64,000 bases of DNA from NCBI GenBank assembly GCA_041640595.1, contig JBEPZY010000009.1, positions 32,001 to 96,000 of the forward strand, read 5' to 3'. The position numbers and the translations under genes are program-made. This document shows, piece by piece, positions 60,058 through 64,000 of this stretch. This DNA is from Gemmatales bacterium. GTDB lineage: Bacteria; Planctomycetota; Planctomycetia; Gemmatales; HRBIN36. How positions within the stretch are numbered: position 1 is the stretch's first letter; each line of letters starts with the position of its first letter. The notes beneath the pieces are model-generated. The model was not told where the DNA came from. It was given only the letters and a program-made list of their open reading frames with translations, and did no database searches.

Positions 60058-60531
60058 GTGCGCCCTATGCGGATGGCGATTCCCTGCTCCCATTGCGGTG
60101 AAGTCTTCAGCACCACTGACGTAGATGCCCAGCGCTGGCGGTGTCCGAATTGCCAGCAGGAGATCCTTGCCCAAGCGGCGGGAGGCGGGGAAGTTTTGTC
60201 GCGCTGTCGGGTGTGCGGCAATGAACAGATTTACGTGCAGAAGGATTTTCCCCACAGCGTTGGCCTGACCATCGTGGCGGTCGCCATTGCTCTTTCCTGC
60301 GTGTTCTATTACTGGCACTGGCTGGTCTGGACGTGGGCGGTGCTGATCGGTTCGGTGCTGGTGGATGCGCTTGTGTACTGGTGGGTGGGGACAGTTAGAG
60401 TGTGCTATCGCTGCCAGGCCAGGTACTGGGGTTTTGCTCCCAATCCCCAGCACCATCCTTTTGAGCTGGAAATTGCGGAAAAATATCGCCAGGAACGGCT
60501 TCGCCGCCAATCTCTGTCCCGCTCAGGCTGA
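60058..60531 (+). CDS. Zinc-ribbon membrane protein
   Basis: CSHC, CPNC, CRVC...YVQKDFP, two TM helices, CYRC. Confidence 0.75.
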   Translation: MRPMRMAIPCSHCGEVFSTTDVDAQRWRCPNCQQEILAQAAGGGEVLSRCRVCGNEQIYVQKDFPHSVGLTIVAVAIALSCVFYYWHWLVWTWAVLIGSVLVDALVYWWVGTVRVCYRCQARYWGFAPNPQHHPFELEIAEKYRQERLRRQSLSRSG

Positions 60532-60769
60532 GCGAAAGTGCTGGCGACTCCCCCAGCCCCTGAACTTGAGTGTCCGCTGCGCCTGGACCGTTTTGCCAAG
60601 CAAACCGCCTTGCCAAGCACTGGCGTATCTGTTAGCAAAATCCCAACCGAGATCGGGAGTGCCAGCGATCCCGACAGGCTGACCCATGGCGGTCTCAATC
60701 ACTACTTACGCTACGGTAAGCGGCGAGCTGACGCTCACCGCTCTTGACGACCGAGACGAGGATGAATTC

Positions 60770-61651
60770 ATGGTACCCATAGACCTCAGCGGCAAAATCG
60801 CCCTGGTAACCGGCGTGGGGGATAACGAAGGTTTCGCCTGGTACATTGCCAAGGCATTGCAGGCGGCGGGATGCCGACTCATCTTCGCCTGTCACCCGCG
60901 AGTCTTTACCATCGTCGAGAGCATCCTCACCCGCGAGCAGGATGCTGAGTCGCGCATTCTCCCTTACGGTGCCGGGACGTTGCAGGTGGAGAAACTTCTG
61001 CCCTGTGACGTTCGTTTCGACACCATGCAGGATGTGGATGAAGCCACGCGGAACGATCGCCGTTACCAGCGTTTTGCCGACTATTCCATTCAGGGCGTCA
61101 TGGACGTGATCAGCCGCGATTATGGTGGCCTCGACATCCTCATTCATTCGGTGGCATTCAGTCCGGAGATCAAGAACATTCAACTGGAAACGAGTCGGCA
61201 GGCGTATTTGACGGCGTTGTCGGTGAGTGCTTATTCACTAACGGGATTATTGCGGCGAGCCTGGCCGCTCATGAAAGACCGACCGGGCGGGGCTTCGGCA
61301 GTGGCGTTGACTTATCTGGGTGGCGAACGGGTTGTGCCGCATTACGGGGGTGGCATGTCCGCTGCCAAAGCGGCTCTGCAAATTGACGCCCGACAGCTGG
61401 CGCACAACCTCGGCAAATACAATATCCGCGTCAATCTCATCTCGGCCGGGCCTTATGCCTCTCGTGCCGCTCGCGCCATCGGCGACATTCAGCAGATGAT
61501 CCAGTACGCTGCCCAGCGCAGTCCGTTACCGCGTCCCATTCAGCCAGAGGAAGTTGCCAATGCCGTTTTGTTCCTGTGCAGTCCGCTCGCCTCTGCTGTT
61601 ACCGGACAGATTTTGTACGTGGATTGCGGCTACCACATCATGGGCGTGTAA
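60770..61651 (+). CDS. fabI: Enoyl-ACP reductase (FabI, chlamydial/plant-like subtype)
   Basis: IDLSGKIALVTGVG, DILIHSVA, YGGGMSAAK (Y...K), ISAGP and TGQILYVDCG. Confidence 0.88.
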   Translation: MVPIDLSGKIALVTGVGDNEGFAWYIAKALQAAGCRLIFACHPRVFTIVESILTREQDAESRILPYGAGTLQVEKLLPCDVRFDTMQDVDEATRNDRRYQRFADYSIQGVMDVISRDYGGLDILIHSVAFSPEIKNIQLETSRQAYLTALSVSAYSLTGLLRRAWPLMKDRPGGASAVALTYLGGERVVPHYGGGMSAAKAALQIDARQLAHNLGKYNIRVNLISAGPYASRAARAIGDIQQMIQYAAQRSPLPRPIQPEEVANAVLFLCSPLASAVTGQILYVDCGYHIMGV

Positions 61652-61664
61652 AACGCTCGCCCGC

Positions 61665-61827
61665 CAATGCCCTTACCAGCACCGCACCAGATCAGTCCGT
61701 CTTCGTGCATGTGCATAGGGTGTGGAATGCCTGGTCGGCAATGTCCCTTACCAGCACTCCGCGGATTTTTGCCGGCAAACCAGCTCTGGGTGTCCACCAC
61801 CCGGCAACGGCTCTTATCCTCCGCGAA
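61665..61827. repeat. Degenerate 3-copy direct repeat, periods 74 then 66
   Basis: CAATGCCCTTACCAGCAC (61665), CGGCAATGTCCCTTACCAGCACTCCGCG (61736), CGGCAACGGCTCTTATCCTCCGCG (61802). Confidence 0.6.
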
Positions 61828-61940
61828 TAAACCGGCTGACTCGCACTCTCCGCACGCGGAACCGGGCCGCCCTCACTATGCGCGAGAAAGACCGCCCATA
61901 GCTTTCCAAACCGTGGCGGTGACGGCGAACCGCGCGGCTG

Positions 61941-62050
61941 GCGTTGCAGCAACAATCGGGCCGAGCGGTGCGGCCATATGACTAGGCGACGTGGAAAATC
62001 TCCCAGCGATTGCCTTGCAGCGACAATCAGCCCGAACGATGCAGCCAGAT
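61941..62050. repeat. Direct repeat pair (39 nt), period 71
   Basis: GCGTTGCAGCAACAATCGGGCCGAGCGGTGCGGCCATAT vs GCCTTGCAGCGACAATCAGCCCGAACGATGCAGCCAGAT, 31/39, mostly transitions. Confidence 0.7.
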
Positions 62051-62255
62051 TCGACGGCAGAACGCGCTGAGCAGCGAACAATCAGCAGTGGCCGACGCAT
62101 AACGAGCCGCGCGCAGCGTGTAGCGAAGGCCAGAACGTGCTGATGCTTCAGAATCCGCGAGTAGTGAACAAGCGATGGCGAGCGGGCATATGTAAGGAAG
62201 AGGCAGCAACGAGCGGTTGGCGAGCCACCATCAGCAACCGGCGAGCAGGCGAGCG

Positions 62256-63416
62256 TCAGTCGCAACGTTCGAAGATGGTGGCGATGCCCTGGCCGCCACC
62301 GATGCACATCGTGGCCAAACCCAACCGCGCACCCCGGCGTTGCATAGCGTGGATGAGCGTGGTGGTAATACGGGCTCCGCTGGCGCCGAGCGGGTGACCG
62401 ATGGCGATTGCCCCGCCGTGGACGTTGACCTTCTCCAGGTCGGCTCGCAACAAGCGCAGCACGGCGAGCGTCTGAGCGGCGAAGGCTTCGTTGATTTCGA
62501 TGAGGTCAATGTCCTCGAGGCGGAGTTTGGCGCGTTCGAGAGCTTTTTGCGTCGCGGGCACCGGTCCCAGTCCCATAACGGCGGGGTCGAGCCCGGCAAT
62601 GGCCATGCTGCGAATCCGCACTTTCGGTTGCAGGCCGAGTTCGCGGGCGCGATCCTCGGCCATCAGCAACACCGCCGCCGCTCCGACGTTAAGCGGACTG
62701 GCATTGCCAGCCGTGATGGTTCCGCCATCGGGCAGGAACGCCGGTTTCAGTGCTGCCAGCGCCTCCAGGCTGGTGTCGCGGCGAATGCCCTGGTCCTGGG
62801 TAATCAGCTTTTTGCTTCCGGATTCGTCCCGTCCCCAGGTCGGGACAATTTCATCGCGGAAATAACCCTGATCGGTCGCCGCTGCTGCCAGCCGATGACT
62901 GCGCAGGGCAAATTCATCCTGTTCGCGTCGGCTGATCTGAAACTTTCTGGCCAGAAATTCCGCGGTCAGTCCCATCTGAAACACCGCCGGGCTATGCCGG
63001 TAGTACAACCGCGGACTGGCGTCGAAGCCCTGTTCGAGCGGGCAATGGTGCATGTGTTCGACGCCGCCCGCGATCAGAATATCGTGGCACCCGGCCATAA
63101 TAGCTGCCGCTGCCTGATTAATCGCCTGCAGGCTCGACCCACAGTTGCGGTTGACGGTAACTCCGCCGATGGAAAGCGGCAGGCCAGCAATCAACACGGC
63201 CTGGCGAGCAATATCGTAACCCTGTTCGCGTTCCTGTTTGACGCAGCCCCAGTGGACATCTTCGACAAGCTCCGGCGGGATCGGCACGCGGTCGAGCAGA
63301 GCCTGTATGATGTGGGCAGACAGGTCGTCTGCCCGTACATCGCGGTAGTAACCCTTTTCGGGGTGAGCCCGGGCGATCGGGGTGCGCACTGCCGCTACGA
63401 TCACTGCCTGCCGCAT
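62256..63416 (-). CDS. Thiolase (acetyl-CoA C-acyltransferase)
   Basis: AVRTPI, NRNCGSS (Cys), TAGNAS, EINEAFA, GGAIAIGHPLGASG and MCIGGGQG. Confidence 0.95.
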   Translation of the reverse strand: MRQAVIVAAVRTPIARAHPEKGYYRDVRADDLSAHIIQALLDRVPIPPELVEDVHWGCVKQEREQGYDIARQAVLIAGLPLSIGGVTVNRNCGSSLQAINQAAAAIMAGCHDILIAGGVEHMHHCPLEQGFDASPRLYYRHSPAVFQMGLTAEFLARKFQISRREQDEFALRSHRLAAAATDQGYFRDEIVPTWGRDESGSKKLITQDQGIRRDTSLEALAALKPAFLPDGGTITAGNASPLNVGAAAVLLMAEDRARELGLQPKVRIRSMAIAGLDPAVMGLGPVPATQKALERAKLRLEDIDLIEINEAFAAQTLAVLRLLRADLEKVNVHGGAIAIGHPLGASGARITTTLIHAMQRRGARLGLATMCIGGGQGIATIFERCD

Positions 63417-63701
63417 GGTCTTCTCCCAGGGTCGCGGACGAAGCTGACGAAGCCGTCTTCGGCTGGGCTGAGCCACTCAGTTCGGCGAGCGATTCTGCAC
63501 TGCGGTCGGCTCTGCTTCGCGCGACCGAAAACCCAAGCGCGTGGCATCTCCGGCTCTGGTTACCATAAGCACCACCGCAGGAAACGCCAAGCACGCTCAC
63601 ACCAGGCGACGAAAAAATCCGCAGCCCTGGGCCGCTTGCCAGGTCCGCAAGGCGAGATGATGGGTATCTTGCAGGATGGCGGAAATGCGAGAATTTGACC
63701 G

Positions 63702-64000
63702 CTAGGGAGCGAGCGACCCGCGCACCTGGCGCAGGTTGTCTTCACTGACCTGGAAATAACCGCGTTGCACAGTTCCGTGGCGAATGATGAAGTAGCGCAG
63801 GGGCAGAAAGCTGGCCAGCTCGGGATGACGCAAAACGTAGGCCAGGTTGTCGTAGTTGAGCGTCTCCCATTGATGCAGGCCGATGAGGATGTCGCCGGGC
63901 TGGATACCAGCGCGCTCGGCGGGCGAATTCGGGGCGACGCTGAGCACTACCATGCCACCCCGTAAGCTGGCTTGCACTCGCTGCACCTGTTCCGCCGACA
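63702..64000 (-). CDS. C-terminal PDZ domain, probably of an HtrA/DegP-like protease; runs off the right edge
   Basis: GMVVLSVAPNSPAERAGIQPGDILIGL PDZ signature. Confidence 0.7.
   Translation of the reverse strand, partial: SAEQVQRVQASLRGGMVVLSVAPNSPAERAGIQPGDILIGLHQWETLNYDNLAYVLRHPELASFLPLRYFIIRHGTVQRGYFQVSEDNLRQVRGSLAP

Noticed and set aside
62217..63698. Long antisense ORFs (also 56388-57326, 27598-28560, 20919-21863, 33355-34242)
   Set aside because: Shadow frames of well-identified genes in GC-rich DNA.

Overview
GC-rich bacterial chromosome segment, most likely Planctomycetota and probably Gemmatales-like. This is inferred from the DUF1559 prepilin gene, PVC-type CxxCH heme protein, PQQ-like propeller and Sm-like protein. 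Core genes: topA, priA, iscS, thiC with a TPP riboswitch, proB, trmB, fabZ-like, fabI, leuA with a Leu-rich leader-peptide attenuator, folE, a thiolase, tRNA-Val(GAC) and an ACP/CLF-like/KS trio. Accessory DNA: an orphan RNase-A-like toxin remnant with an intact CdiI-like immunity gene, two copies of an IS4/IS50-like MITE, two REP-like palindrome clusters and a heptamer array. The main signal is about 18 separate intergenic loci (roughly one per 3.5 kb). At each, a 25-45 nt piece of local sequence is directly repeated around a unique insert, mostly 34-41 nt. Periods cluster at 65-68 and 71-75 nt, some loci have 3-4 copies, and the repeats are unrelated between loci. Several overlap gene starts or stops, and most have GT at one terminus. 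This matches the footprint expected from genome-wide off-target Cas1-Cas2 spacer integration (neo-CRISPR mini-arrays), although no cas genes lie in this window. All alignments were done by eye; no database searches were run.
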